64,000 nt of DNA from Ostreococcus lucimarinus (Eukaryota), in assembly GCA_000092065.1 (NCBI GenBank), contig CP000596.1. The stretch is one strand, 5' to 3'. The notes beneath the pieces were generated by a model. It had not been told where the DNA came from. It did not search any database and was given only the letters and a program-made list of their open reading frames with translations. Made by a program: the position numbers and the translations under genes. This document shows positions 1-10,138 of the stretch, in pieces. Position 1 is the first letter of the stretch. Each line of letters begins with the position of its first letter.

Positions 1-10
1 GGATAAAATC

Positions 11-470
11 ATGGCTCCGAAGCAAGGATCGAAGAAGGCGGCCGAGGGCATCAACGCGCGACTGCAGATCGTCATGCGATCGGGGCGGTACACGCTCGGG
101 TACAAGCAGTGCCTGAAGACGCTGCGCAAGGGACAGTCGAAGCTCGTGCTGATCTCGAACAACTGCCCGGCGCTGCGCAAGAGCGAGATCGAGTACTACG
201 CGATGTTGGCGAAGACCGGGGTGCATCACTACGCCGGAAGTGCGTGCGCGAGGCGACGCGATTCGACGCGATGCGACGCGCGAGGACGGGGGGGTGGAAA
301 ACCCTAAAGACGGCGACGACGCGCGAGAGACTGACGAAGACGACGAACGCGTCGCGTGAACAGATAACGTCGATCTCGGCACGGCGTGCGGTCGATACTA
401 CCGCGTGTCTTGCATGTCGATCACCGATCCGGGCGACTCCGACATCGTCAAGGCGGTGCCGGAGGAGTAA
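11..470 (+). CDS. RPL30: 60S ribosomal protein L30e, two exons join(11..239,364..470)
   Basis: Exon 1 encodes [76 protein letters not shown]. Exon 2 encodes [35 protein letters not shown] followed by a stop. The exons join in phase 1 across a GTGCGT...CAG intron to give a 111-aa full-length L30e. It is collinear with eukaryotic RPL30 over the whole length. Confidence 0.9.
240..363 (+). other. spliceosomal intron, introner-like (GACGCG-rich)
   Basis: Donor is GTGCGTGCGCG. The sense strand is T-poor and made of GACGCG-type units. The 3' module is GAGAGACTGACGAAGACG followed by the acceptor GTGAACAG. It restores the L30e reading frame exactly. Confidence 0.85.
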
Positions 471-724
471 ACGCGCGAAGCCGTTCGGCGACGCGCGGGC
501 GATTCTTCGGACGATGATTGGTTCGGGCGATCGCGACGCGATCGACGTCGCGAGTTTGCTTGTAATAGATCATCGACTCGCTTCGAGAGTTATTTTAAAT
601 CGGTCAAACGTCGCGGGTGGTGATGAAACTCTGTATCTGGTCTTCTTTCCACTGAGGAGACGTCGTCTCGGCGACGTCATGAAGAGAATGTCCGCATACC
701 TTCTGAACCCAACTCTCTTTTGCG

Positions 725-770
725 TCGCTCGTTCCTCGTTCGCTCGTTCGCTCGTTCGCTCGTTCGCTCG
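725..770. repeat. 8-mer microsatellite (CGTTCGCT)n, about 5.5 copies
   Basis: Tandem cgttcgct units lie in the convergent 3' UTR region between RPL30 and the hydrolase gene. Confidence 0.8.
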
Positions 771-810
771 CGATAGAAATCTAGATTACAAAATGATGAT
801 CAACGTTCGA

Positions 811-1782
811 CTACGCGGCGGCGGCGGCGGCGGCGCGCGCTGCCTCCCACTCGTCCACGCACTCGACGAGCAAACGATTGACGAGCTCGGGGGCCTCGTC
901 TTGCGGGCAGTGTCCGACGCCCGGGAGCGGGATGAACTTATCGGCGTACGACGCGTATAGTTTCCGCCCTTGGTCGATGTTCTCCCACGGATCTTTATCG
1001 CCCCAGAACATGCGCACCGGGACGTCGCATCGAGGCAACAACTCCTCGGGCAGCGGACCGCCGCTGTACGAGATGAAATCCAAAAACACCTCCGCCGCGC
1101 CTTCGCGCAATCCCGGACTGAGAATCGCCTCCACGAGCTCATCCGTGACTTGCGCGGAGTCTCCGTACGCTTCGCACAAGATATTCTTCACCGTCCGCGC
1201 CTTGGCCACCGAACCGAAGAAGGACTTTCCCACGCTCGTCTCTCGAAGCGTTCGCTGCAGCGCCTTCACGAACGGTCGAATGATCGCCGGCTGCTTGCTC
1301 ACGTGCAATCCACGCAGGCTGATATTCATCAGCACCACCCCGCGCACCTTCGTCGGCGCGTCCACGGCGGCTTGCAACCCCGCGACGCCGCCCACCGAGT
1401 TGCACGCCACGTACGCCGGCGTCCCCACCACCTCGTCCAAAAAATCCTCAATCTGCTTTCCCCACGTCTCGAAGCAGTATATCTCGTTCTGTTCTCGCAG
1501 CATCGGATTCGGTTTATCGCTGTACCCGTACCCGAGCAGATCGATCGCGTACACGCGCTTGCCAGTCGCCGCCAGCGCGTTTACGTTTCTTCTCCAGTGG
1601 TCCGCGTTCCCGCCGAATCCGTGCACCAGCACCACCGCCGGTCCGTCGCCGTCGCCGACCGCCTCCGTGTACCGTATCGCGTGCGTCTCGTTCGTGCGCG
1701 GCGCGCGCCAGCGCCAGTAGCGCTCGTCCACGCCGTAGCGCTGCGCGCGCGTCGCCGGCGTCGTCGTCCCGGTCGACGTCAT
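811..1782 (-). CDS. alpha/beta-hydrolase of the pheophytinase / chlorophyll-dephytylase (PPH/CLD1) type
   Basis: The ATG at 1782 (MTSTGTTTP...) gives 323 aa ending in poly-Ala. Motifs VLVHGFGGNADHW, VYAIDLLGYGYSDKP and CNSVGG match the plant PPH/CLD1 family (LVHGFGAS / VYALDLLGFGWSDK / GNSLGG). The upstream part of the listed ORF is read-through of GC-rich DNA. Confidence 0.7.
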   Translation of the reverse strand: MTSTGTTTPATRAQRYGVDERYWRWRAPRTNETHAIRYTEAVGDGDGPAVVLVHGFGGNADHWRRNVNALAATGKRVYAIDLLGYGYSDKPNPMLREQNEIYCFETWGKQIEDFLDEVVGTPAYVACNSVGGVAGLQAAVDAPTKVRGVVLMNISLRGLHVSKQPAIIRPFVKALQRTLRETSVGKSFFGSVAKARTVKNILCEAYGDSAQVTDELVEAILSPGLREGAAEVFLDFISYSGGPLPEELLPRCDVPVRMFWGDKDPWENIDQGRKLYASYADKFIPLPGVGHCPQDEAPELVNRLLVECVDEWEAARAAAAAAA

Positions 1783-1945
1783 CGCGACGCGCGCGCGCCG
1801 TCTCGCGTCGCCGCGCGCGCGCCGCGGCGCGCGACGCGCCGGCGAGCGACGCGCGACGTCGCGGAGCGTCGACGGCGGCGCGCGCGGCGCGGCGCCGAGC
1901 GTCATCGCGCGCGCGGCCGGCCGAGACGCGTCAGAGTGACGCGCG

Positions 1946-4900
1946 ATGGGACGCGAGCGCGTCGCCGCGTCGAGCGCGTCCGCGGCGCCCGCGAGCGCGG
2001 AGCGCGCGCGACGCGCGCTCGCGGACGCGCCCGCGGCGTCCGCGCTCTCGGGGTGCGTCGACCGCGCGAGCGACGCGAGGGCGACGCGCGCGAACGAAGG
2101 CGCGCGCGAACGACGACTGACGACGCGACGACGCGCGACGACGACGCGACGCAGGTTCGGGTTCGGTGGATACGCCGGACAGGTGTCCCTGACGGCGCGC
2201 GCGGCGAGCGACGCGAGCGCGGACGCGGGAGAGGTGGACGAGGACGCGGCGCGCGCGCTGCGGCGATGCGCGCAAAAGTCGTCGACGGCGACGAAGGCGA
2301 AGGCGCTGCGAGAACTCCGCGACGCGCTGTTCGTCGACGCCGCGGACGAAGATTCGATGGAGGAAGTGGCGAAAAAGGTGAAAACGGTCGCGGGCGTGCT
2401 CGGGGTGTCGCGGGCGTGGGCGAGGGCGTACGATAAATTGGCGGGCGACGGCGACGCGGGATGTCGACGCGAGGCGGCGGCGTTGAACGGAGCGATCGCG
2501 GTGGCGGCGGGGAAGGGACTGGGGAAGATTTTGAAGAGCACGCCGATCATGTGCGCGTGGGTGCGGGGGATGTGCGATCCAAGCGCGGAGGTGCGAGAGA
2601 TGGCGATGGTGGCGTTTGAGAAGACGTTTTCGACCGATGCGCGACGCGCGGGGGCGTTGGCGCTCGCGCACGAAGTGATTTTAGACGATTTGATCGAGGC
2701 TTTGAAACGGCGCGGGCCGCAGGATATGATCTTTAAGGAAGGCTCAGAGGCTGAGCAGTACGCGCGTTTCGAGTTGAGCGCGCGCGCGGCTCTCAGGGCG
2801 GTGACGTTTACGTGTGAGCGATTGAGCGCGTTTGAGGGAGACGAGAGCGACGCCGCGGCGAGCAAGTTTAGTTATTTGCTCGATGAGTTGGCGACGTTAA
2901 AGACGCAAATTCGAGGTGAATACATGGTCATACGCCGAGATGCGTACGCGACGTTGGCGGCGATTTGTAAGCGCGCGGTCGATGACGAAATCACCCCGGC
3001 GTGGCGAGACGCGCTTCGAGGCCAAGTGCCTAAAATTGCCTCGACGAGCTTCGCTCTGATTTCGTCCGAGACCGAGCCAGGAGCGATGCGTGATATGTGG
3101 GAGCTCATACTCGGTATCGCCACTTCGCACCCCGACGCTTGGGGCGCTATAGATGTCGAAAAAACCTTCATGTCTGGCTTGCGCAAGCACTTCAAACGCG
3201 GGAGCTACGGCGCCGCGAGTGTTTCGTCGCCGTCGCTCCTTCCGCTTCTCGCGCACTTGCCCCCGAAAGCGCTTATCGAGCGCGACGCCGATGGTCGCGC
3301 CATGTCGGGATTAGTGCGCGTCATGGACGCCGTTTTTGCGGGGTGGTGTTTCTTGAGTTCGAGCGCCGTTCGCTCAAACGAGGCGCGCGATACGCTGCCG
3401 GCGATGCGCGAAGGCGTTTTATACGGCGTTCTGAAGCTCGCCCCGCTCACCGATCACGCGGAAGAGTGCGCCACGCACGTCTTGGTCGATCACGTGGTCG
3501 ATGTGTGGATGCGAGAGTTTTTAGCGCGCGGTAACGGCGCCGCGCTCGATTTGATGTGCGACGTGCTCAACGTGCTGAGCACAAAGCCGCACGCGAAGAC
3601 CGCCGTCGTGGAGGCGTGGGCGAAATTAGGAGACATCACAGAAGCGGCGTTGGACGACCCCGAAAAAGGCGAACACGCAAATGCGATGTACGCTCGACTG
3701 TTTGCATCGGGGAAATTCGCGTCGTCGTCGCAGGCTACGGCGCCATTCGCGAAGGCTGTTTTCGCGCAAGCAGTGGATGCGCCGTCGAAGCAAACCTTCG
3801 AGCGATTGGCGACCTTGGTCGAGAGTCTAGGCGTTGAGCCATTCGACGGTGCGCAACGTTTGATGGACTTCGCACTCGCGGACAACGCGCCACAAGGTTC
3901 GGGCGCGGTCGTCGCTGCGGTGTTGAAGCACGACGCGAGCTGGTGGAGCGCGGTGCTGGATGACGCGAACGCGGCGGATGAATTGGAGTCGTCTTCGCGC
4001 GTGCGAGTCGTAACGGAAGCAATCGCCGCCACGAAATCGTTCGGTGAACTCAAATGCCCGGCGCTCGATGATCTCGTTCGTCGATGCGCGAAGCGATCGA
4101 GTGATGCTTCGTGCTCGCAACTGTTAATCGCCATCTCGCAGTTTTTTGAACCGGTTTCCGCCGACGTCGCATCCGACGTCTTTGAAAGTCTCGCTTCGAG
4201 CGACCTCGGCGACGGCGCGTCGAACGCGCGTAAAGCGCTGCGCGAGTGGATACTGATACCGCCTAAAGAAGCACTGAGTATTCCGTGGTCAAATGCCGTC
4301 GGTGCACTCTTCGCACACGTGCTCTTGGAAAGTCAGCACACCGTGAAGTGCGTGATTCACGAAGCCGAGAGCGAGGGTGAAAGCGAGGACGAGGTGGAAT
4401 ACGACGAGACGAAAGTCGGAGAAGTGCAACGCGATTGGAAAGCTTTCGAGTGCGACGCAGAGAGTAATCCAGTACTGTCACCCGCGCTTCAGGCCGCGTT
4501 CACAACCGCCATCGCACGCACCGCCGCGGCGACGGCGGCGACGCAACACCCAGGTGAATCCGATTTGGTTTTGAGATTGTGGGCGCAGATGACCGCGCGA
4601 GCGCTTCGAGCGTTCCACGTCGACGATGAGACGTTTGCAAAATGCATCGTCGACGAAATGGAAAATAACGTGGACGACGATGTGACTTTTCACTGGCTGA
4701 ACGCCGTCGCGCGCGTTCTCGATTGGAGCTCGTTGTTGCGCGCGATGGATGCAGACAGGCGAAAAGAATTCACGGTCGACGCGTTAGCGCTGGCGCCGAG
4801 TGTCAATAAAGCGTTCGCGATTGCGCTGTGCGGTGATGCTGCGATGCAAACGCAAATATTCGTCTCGCTCGTCAACGCGGTGTTGGAGGCGTCGCCAGAT

Positions 4901-7180
4901 GATGAATCTGCCGAAGACGCGTTGCTCAATTTTTCGCGTCGCGCTCGCGCGCTCGACGAGGCTTGGATCGACAATCACGCCGATGTCGTGCGCGAGTTCC
5001 TCGACGCGTCAAGCGCGAAGCGCGATACGTGTTCAAATCGTTTGACGCGAGTCATACCGTGGATATTACCCTCTGACATGTCTGGGGGCGCGCACGCCGA
5101 GCGTTTCATCGCTGAGCTCACGCGCGAGGTGATTGCGGATATCGAAAACCGTCGCCGACGATTGGATGGCGCTAAGATTCGACTCGTCGCCGCATGTTTT
5201 AGCCGCGCGGACGACTTGGGTGAAACGATTGTCGTGCATTCGATTCAAGACCCCGCGTGCGCGCCTCTCGTGGAGGTGTTTCGCGCGATTGCCAAACGAG
5301 AAGCGGCAGAGGCCGCCGCGAGCGCCGCCGCGGCGCGCTTCGGCGACGCTGGCGATAGCGAGTCGCGCGATGGTTCGAGTGCATCTGATGTAGGCATCGC
5401 CGCGCTCACCGCGGCAATCATTCGTCGCACCGCCGCGGATTTCGATTCTCGAGATTGGGGCTCTATAATCGGGCGATTGCACGCGTGGACGGCGTTGCGG
5501 GCGAAGATGGCGGAGACGTACGCAGAGAACGAAGCCGTCGACGGGGACGACGGTTCACAGTCGGCGCACGCTGCGGCGACGATCGTGTGTCTCATCGATG
5601 CGTTACCGATGGAACTTCTTGAAGCCACGGATTCGTCTTCGGGTGATCTCGTTCCTTACGCGGCGCATGGGTCGTCGATGATGACCATCGCCAAGGCGCT
5701 CGCGAATGCGTCGTGGCCGCGCGAGCGCGCCGAAATCGTCGAACGTTTATATCGTTGCGTCATCATCACCGGTACCGAGCTGCGCGACGTCGAAGAGGAG
5801 GACGACGACGAGCGTCGACATCGCTTCTGGGCCCGATGCCGGGACGAGACGCGCATGTGGATACGCATCGCTGACATTGCGTGCGGCGGCACGCCGACAA
5901 AGACGAGCGCGTGGCGAGCCGGCGTTTACGTAGACGCGTGGGACGATGCCCCGTGTGAATCCATAGGCGCGCTTTACCAGTTGCTCGCCATGTTGCCGAC
6001 GTTGTGGTTCGACGTTTCGGCCGCCGACGACGACGAAGTATTGGAAGCGCTCAGGCGCGCGGCTTATGGTTTGCTTTCCAACGAAGCGCTCATCCAAGCC
6101 GCCGTCGTCGGCTTGGACGCGGGAATCGCAGACGTCGCCAAGGTGGAGCAAGCCCTCGACGCCGCGCTCGCGGCCGCGGACGAGAACGACGAAGCAGACG
6201 TCGGTAACTTTGGGACACCCGCCGAAAGCGCCGGATTGCGCGAAGATTTGGCGACACTCCTATCGAGCGCCGGGTACGAGCCACGCGTCGCGTGGTTAGG
6301 CTGGGCCTTGCTCTTCCGCTACGTCCTCGCCTTGCCCATCGAGTCTTCGTGCAGGGAGCGTTTGGTGAATTATACGCGCGAAACAAAGGCGATTCCATCG
6401 CTTATGCGCGACATCATGCGCTCGATGCCCCTTCCCGAGAGTGCGGACGTAGAAAGCGAAGACGATTTGCCGTCGTCGTGGCGAGGCGTCGATTGGGACA
6501 ATCCCGCGTCGGCGACGCAAATTTATGATCCGAGATTCTCGTTCGAAGTCTTAATGTACGCCGCCGCGCTCCGCGCGCTTCCAGCGAGCGTTCGAGCGTT
6601 CGTAAGCGACATGAAACCTCAACGCGACGCCAAGCGTCTCGAAGGTGCCACCTCGGCGACGGTTTCGCCGACGCTCATCGCCGCCGAATTCAAAGCCGTC
6701 TCCGCCATGACGTTCGCCGGCGACGGCACGGGATCACTCACCGTCAAGCCCTCCATCGCCACGCGCGAATTTCTCACGACGTACGAAATCGACGAATCCT
6801 CCCTCGAGCTCACCGTGCGTCTCCCCAACGCCTACCCCCTCGCCCCGGCGGAGCTCGTCTGCGCCAAGCGCGTCGGCATCTCCGAGGCTCGCCTTCGCAA
6901 ATGGATGCTCGGCATCTCCGCCATCCTCAAGCATCAAAACGGTGCCGTCGCCCAGGCTTTACTCCAATGGCAGCGCAACATCGACGCCGAGTTCGCCGGC
7001 GTGGAGCCGTGTCCGATTTGCTACGCCGTCATCCACCCCGTGGATCATCAAAAGCCTCGCCTGCGCTGTCGCCAGTGCTCGAACACCTTTCACGCCACCT
7101 GTCTCTACACCTGGTTCCGCACGTCGAGCAAGAGTTCGTGTCCACTGTGCGTCACGCCGTGGGGGAGTTCGTACCGTTAG
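1946..7180 (+). CDS. LTN1: E3 ubiquitin ligase listerin (Ltn1/RNF160-like), join(1946..2052,2155..7180)
   Basis: About 1700-aa HEAT-repeat protein with a C-terminal RING (CPICYAVIHPVDHQKPRLRCRQCSNTFHATCLYTWFRTSSKSSCPLC). The N-terminal FGFGGYAG and KAKALRELRDAL motifs resemble listerin N-termini. Exon 1 ends in phase 2 (..TCG GG) at a GTGCGTCGAC donor. Exon 2 starts with G after ..GACTGACGACG..GCAG, which restores GGG and the frame. Confidence 0.8.
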   Translation: MGRERVAASSASAAPASAERARRALADAPAASALSGCVDRASDARATRANEGARERRLTTRRRATTTRRRFGFGGYAGQVSLTARAASDASADAGEVDEDAARALRRCAQKSSTATKAKALRELRDALFVDAADEDSMEEVAKKVKTVAGVLGVSRAWARAYDKLAGDGDAGCRREAAALNGAIAVAAGKGLGKILKSTPIMCAWVRGMCDPSAEVREMAMVAFEKTFSTDARRAGALALAHEVILDDLIEALKRRGPQDMIFKEGSEAEQYARFELSARAALRAVTFTCERLSAFEGDESDAAASKFSYLLDELATLKTQIRGEYMVIRRDAYATLAAICKRAVDDEITPAWRDALRGQVPKIASTSFALISSETEPGAMRDMWELILGIATSHPDAWGAIDVEKTFMSGLRKHFKRGSYGAASVSSPSLLPLLAHLPPKALIERDADGRAMSGLVRVMDAVFAGWCFLSSSAVRSNEARDTLPAMREGVLYGVLKLAPLTDHAEECATHVLVDHVVDVWMREFLARGNGAALDLMCDVLNVLSTKPHAKTAVVEAWAKLGDITEAALDDPEKGEHANAMYARLFASGKFASSSQATAPFAKAVFAQAVDAPSKQTFERLATLVESLGVEPFDGAQRLMDFALADNAPQGSGAVVAAVLKHDASWWSAVLDDANAADELESSSRVRVVTEAIAATKSFGELKCPALDDLVRRCAKRSSDASCSQLLIAISQFFEPVSADVASDVFESLASSDLGDGASNARKALREWILIPPKEALSIPWSNAVGALFAHVLLESQHTVKCVIHEAESEGESEDEVEYDETKVGEVQRDWKAFECDAESNPVLSPALQAAFTTAIARTAAATAATQHPGESDLVLRLWAQMTARALRAFHVDDETFAKCIVDEMENNVDDDVTFHWLNAVARVLDWSSLLRAMDADRRKEFTVDALALAPSVNKAFAIALCGDAAMQTQIFVSLVNAVLEASPDDESAEDALLNFSRRARALDEAWIDNHADVVREFLDASSAKRDTCSNRLTRVIPWILPSDMSGGAHAERFIAELTREVIADIENRRRRLDGAKIRLVAACFSRADDLGETIVVHSIQDPACAPLVEVFRAIAKREAAEAAASAAAARFGDAGDSESRDGSSASDVGIAALTAAIIRRTAADFDSRDWGSIIGRLHAWTALRAKMAETYAENEAVDGDDGSQSAHAAATIVCLIDALPMELLEATDSSSGDLVPYAAHGSSMMTIAKALANASWPRERAEIVERLYRCVIITGTELRDVEEEDDDERRHRFWARCRDETRMWIRIADIACGGTPTKTSAWRAGVYVDAWDDAPCESIGALYQLLAMLPTLWFDVSAADDDEVLEALRRAAYGLLSNEALIQAAVVGLDAGIADVAKVEQALDAALAAADENDEADVGNFGTPAESAGLREDLATLLSSAGYEPRVAWLGWALLFRYVLALPIESSCRERLVNYTRETKAIPSLMRDIMRSMPLPESADVESEDDLPSSWRGVDWDNPASATQIYDPRFSFEVLMYAAALRALPASVRAFVSDMKPQRDAKRLEGATSATVSPTLIAAEFKAVSAMTFAGDGTGSLTVKPSIATREFLTTYEIDESSLELTVRLPNAYPLAPAELVCAKRVGISEARLRKWMLGISAILKHQNGAVAQALLQWQRNIDAEFAGVEPCPICYAVIHPVDHQKPRLRCRQCSNTFHATCLYTWFRTSSKSSCPLCVTPWGSSYR
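2053..2154 (+). other. spliceosomal intron, introner-like
   Basis: GTGCGTCGACCGCGCG donor, GACGCG body, CGACGACTGACGACG branch-like motif, GCAG acceptor. Phase 2 + 1 is consistent. Confidence 0.7.
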
Positions 7181-7268
7181 TCTCGATCGAGTAGCTAGTT
7201 TAGACGATACGAGTCGAGTTAGAATCCGTCGGCGTCGGCGTCGACGCCTCACACGTCGAGGCGTCGCG

Positions 7269-8762
7269 ATGAGCGCGCCGTCCATTTTCCTCGTCCTCGC
7301 CGTCGGCGCCCTCGAGCACGTCTACAGCGCGAGCGCGAACACGACGCACGTCAAGCGCACCGTGTTGATCGTCGACGGCGACCGCGCGCGTCGTCCGTCG
7401 CCGTTGATTCTTTGGAACGCCACGGCGAGATGCGAATTAAAAATCGGCGACGTCGCGTACGCGAGCGCGCTGCGGCGCGCGCACGCGTCGCCTCGATGGC
7501 GAACGCATCGCGACGCCCTCGTCGCGGCGCGCGGGTGCGAGATTCGCGCGGTGGCGAGCGCGGAGGCGGTGGCGGGACGGCGCGAGCGACGCGCGCCGGG
7601 TGCCGAGTTTTCAACGAAAAATGGATTCGACGGTCGCGCCGCGATGCGACGGACGATCGAGCGCGCGCGCAAGGAACACGCGGACGTGTTGCGACGCGCG
7701 GTGGACGCGGCGGAGGCGAGACGGCGGGAGAGCTTCGGAAGGGAGGCGGGGTACGTCGAGGTCGAGGCGCTCGACGGGACGAGCGCGGCGTTGGTGCACG
7801 TGCTGGGACGCGTCGTGCGAGAGACGATCGCGCCGAGCAGCTGGCGTCCGCGCGCGGGGGGACGCGACGGCGCGCGGTACGTGCGAAGGATCGTTTGGGT
7901 GGTGCAAACGCACGGGGGACGGTGCGTGGCGATTTGTTTACCGCCGACGACGGAGGCGGCGGCGGCGGAGCGATCTTTATTGAAAGACGGTGCGGTGATC
8001 GACGTGCGCAACGCGTTGGTTCGACGAAACGCGCAGACGGGCGTGTGTGACTTAGTGTGCGACGTTCGATCGCACTGGCGCGCGCTCGATGGGAAGGACC
8101 CGAGGTACGCCGACGTGTGCGCTCGCGCGCCGAAATCGGCGTTTGAGCAAACGCTGACGTTCGAAGCGCTCGCGCTCGCGATGCACTCGAACGGATTCGC
8201 GCGCGCGTCGTCCATGATTCGATTCAAAGCGTGCGTGCGATGGGTGAAGGTGGCCACAGAGCGTAGACGCGTGCCACCGATGCTTCGCGAGACGGACTCA
8301 TCCGTGACGGCGGCGATGACGTACTTGGCGTGCCTCGCGTGCTCGCGAGAGCTCGAAACCGATCACAACAACGTGTACAAGATGTGTCACTGCACGTCAA
8401 ACGACGCGAGGTGTGGGTTCGTGTGGCGGGACATCGTGCTCGGAATGCAAAGCGACCACGGAGATTCCAAGACGGTGATTCCGGTGCGGGCGCGCGGCGA
8501 CATCGCGCGACGACTTTTATTCAACGTCGACGCGTCGAGCGTGTTGGACGAACACGCCAGCGACGACGAGTTTGACGACTTCGACGACGACGACGCAGCT
8601 CCGCGTTCAGATCACAAGAAGGTCGTGGTTGCCGCCATCAACGCGCTCGCCGCCGGCCGTCGAAACGCCGCCATGGATTGGCGAGTGAAATTCCCCGCGC
8701 TCGACGAGAACGGACTGCCGAGACGAGACGAGCTCGAGCTCGTGGATTTTAACGCAGACTAA
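7269..8762 (+). CDS. hypothetical protein with a hydrophobic N-terminus and a C-terminal Cys/His cluster
   Basis: ATG at 7269 (MSAPSIFLVLAVGALE...), 497 aa. Contains LACLACSRELETDHNNVYKMCHCTSNDARCGF and an acidic tail DEHASDDEFDDFDDDD. I recognise no family. It is a long ORF in the same frame as the track ORF 6942..8762. Confidence 0.45.
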   Translation: MSAPSIFLVLAVGALEHVYSASANTTHVKRTVLIVDGDRARRPSPLILWNATARCELKIGDVAYASALRRAHASPRWRTHRDALVAARGCEIRAVASAEAVAGRRERRAPGAEFSTKNGFDGRAAMRRTIERARKEHADVLRRAVDAAEARRRESFGREAGYVEVEALDGTSAALVHVLGRVVRETIAPSSWRPRAGGRDGARYVRRIVWVVQTHGGRCVAICLPPTTEAAAAERSLLKDGAVIDVRNALVRRNAQTGVCDLVCDVRSHWRALDGKDPRYADVCARAPKSAFEQTLTFEALALAMHSNGFARASSMIRFKACVRWVKVATERRRVPPMLRETDSSVTAAMTYLACLACSRELETDHNNVYKMCHCTSNDARCGFVWRDIVLGMQSDHGDSKTVIPVRARGDIARRLLFNVDASSVLDEHASDDEFDDFDDDDAAPRSDHKKVVVAAINALAAGRRNAAMDWRVKFPALDENGLPRRDELELVDFNAD

Positions 8763-9703
8763 GCCACATCACTCGTCGCCGCGTGGGCGATCTCTCGGAG
8801 CACGCGCGCGCGCTCTTCGACGAAGTCTAACTCGCGCGAGAGGCTCGCGTCGCCGCCGTAGGCGCGATTATCGCGTGAGCACCGACACGCCAGGTTTCGC
8901 ACCGCCATCTTCGCCTCGGCGAGACCGCGCACTTTTTCCACCATCGCCCGCGCCCTGTACGCCGCCTCCTGTTGCAATCGCCCGTTTTCGCGCTTCAAGT
9001 CTTCATCCTGTTGTCGCAGCCGAGCGACGGACGCCGTCGCCGCCAACCGTTCCTCCTCCATGTGTTTCACCGCGCGCTCGTGCGCCGCGCGCGTCGCCTC
9101 CACGCGCTCGTTCGACTCCACCACGCTCGCGCGCAAGCTTTCGTACGTCCGCTGCAGCGTATCGTGCCGTCCGAGCACATCGGCGATGTCCTCGAACGCG
9201 TTTCCCCGCGCCGCTTCCTCGGCGACGCGCGCCAGAAACCATTCAAACACCCGCACCCGACCCAACTCCTCCTCCACGCTCGCCCCCGCGCTCGCGCGCT
9301 CGCGCAGGCTCCATCGCATCTCCGTCAATCGCGCGTCCCGCGCCTCGTTCGCCTCCCGCTCCTCTTTCGCCCGTCGCAGCGCCGACTGTCGCTTCACCTC
9401 GTTCTCCCGCACGAACGCCTCGAACCGCCCGACGTCCGCGCGCGCGCGCCGCTGCGCCTCGTTCGTCGCGCGCTCGCGCCTCGCGCACGCCTCCGCGCGC
9501 GCGTCGCGCTCGCGCTTCTTCGCCTCGAGCGCGAGCGACACGCGCGCGAGCGCCAGCGCCTCGAGCGCGCGCGACGACCGCGCGGCGGTTCGCGCGAACG
9601 CCGCCACCGCGCGCGCCTCGCTCGCATCGCTCGTCGCCGCCGCGTCCGACGCGAGCGCGGTGAGGAAACCCTCGCGCGCGGTCGCGCGCGCGTCGTCGTC
9701 CAT
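8759..9703 (-). CDS. coiled-coil protein, possibly DUF4200 / CCDC42-CFAP73-like (cilium-associated)
   Basis: From the ATG at 9703 (MDDDARATAREGFL..) there are 314 aa of heptad-rich sequence: RFEAFVRENEVKRQSALRRAKEEREANEARDARLTEMRW...FEWFLARVAEEA. Upstream exon(s) are possible. Its stop codon overlaps the stop of the convergent gene 7269..8762. Confidence 0.4.
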   Translation of the reverse strand: MDDDARATAREGFLTALASDAAATSDASEARAVAAFARTAARSSRALEALALARVSLALEAKKRERDARAEACARRERATNEAQRRARADVGRFEAFVRENEVKRQSALRRAKEEREANEARDARLTEMRWSLRERASAGASVEEELGRVRVFEWFLARVAEEAARGNAFEDIADVLGRHDTLQRTYESLRASVVESNERVEATRAAHERAVKHMEEERLAATASVARLRQQDEDLKRENGRLQQEAAYRARAMVEKVRGLAEAKMAVRNLACRCSRDNRAYGGDASLSRELDFVEERARVLREIAHAATSDVA

Positions 9704-9720
9704 CGCGTCGCCCGCGTCGC

Positions 9721-9755
<35 letters not shown>

Positions 9756-10138
9756 CGGTTCGACGTGCGCGCGAACGTCGCTTTGTATCGCCAAAAATAA
9801 CCGTCGACGCCTCGACGCGCGCGACGCGCGCCGCCTCGACGCGCGCGCGAACGCGCGACGGTTCCCTCGACCGCGCCGAAAACAGGCGCGCGCGCGACGC
9901 GCGCGCGACGGGCCGCGTCCGCGCGCGCGCCGACGCCCGGCGCGTCGTCCGTCTCGACGTCGAAAACGCGCGCGCCGCGCACCGTCGCGGACCGTCGCGC
10001 GTTAAAACGCGCGCGCTCGAAACGCGCGCCGCGCGCGCGCGATGAACGATGGAAAGTTTCGAGTCGTCGTCGCGGCGCGTCGTCCGTCTCGACGTCGCGC
10101 CCGCGCGACGCCGCTCGAGCGTCACGTCGCGACGCGCG

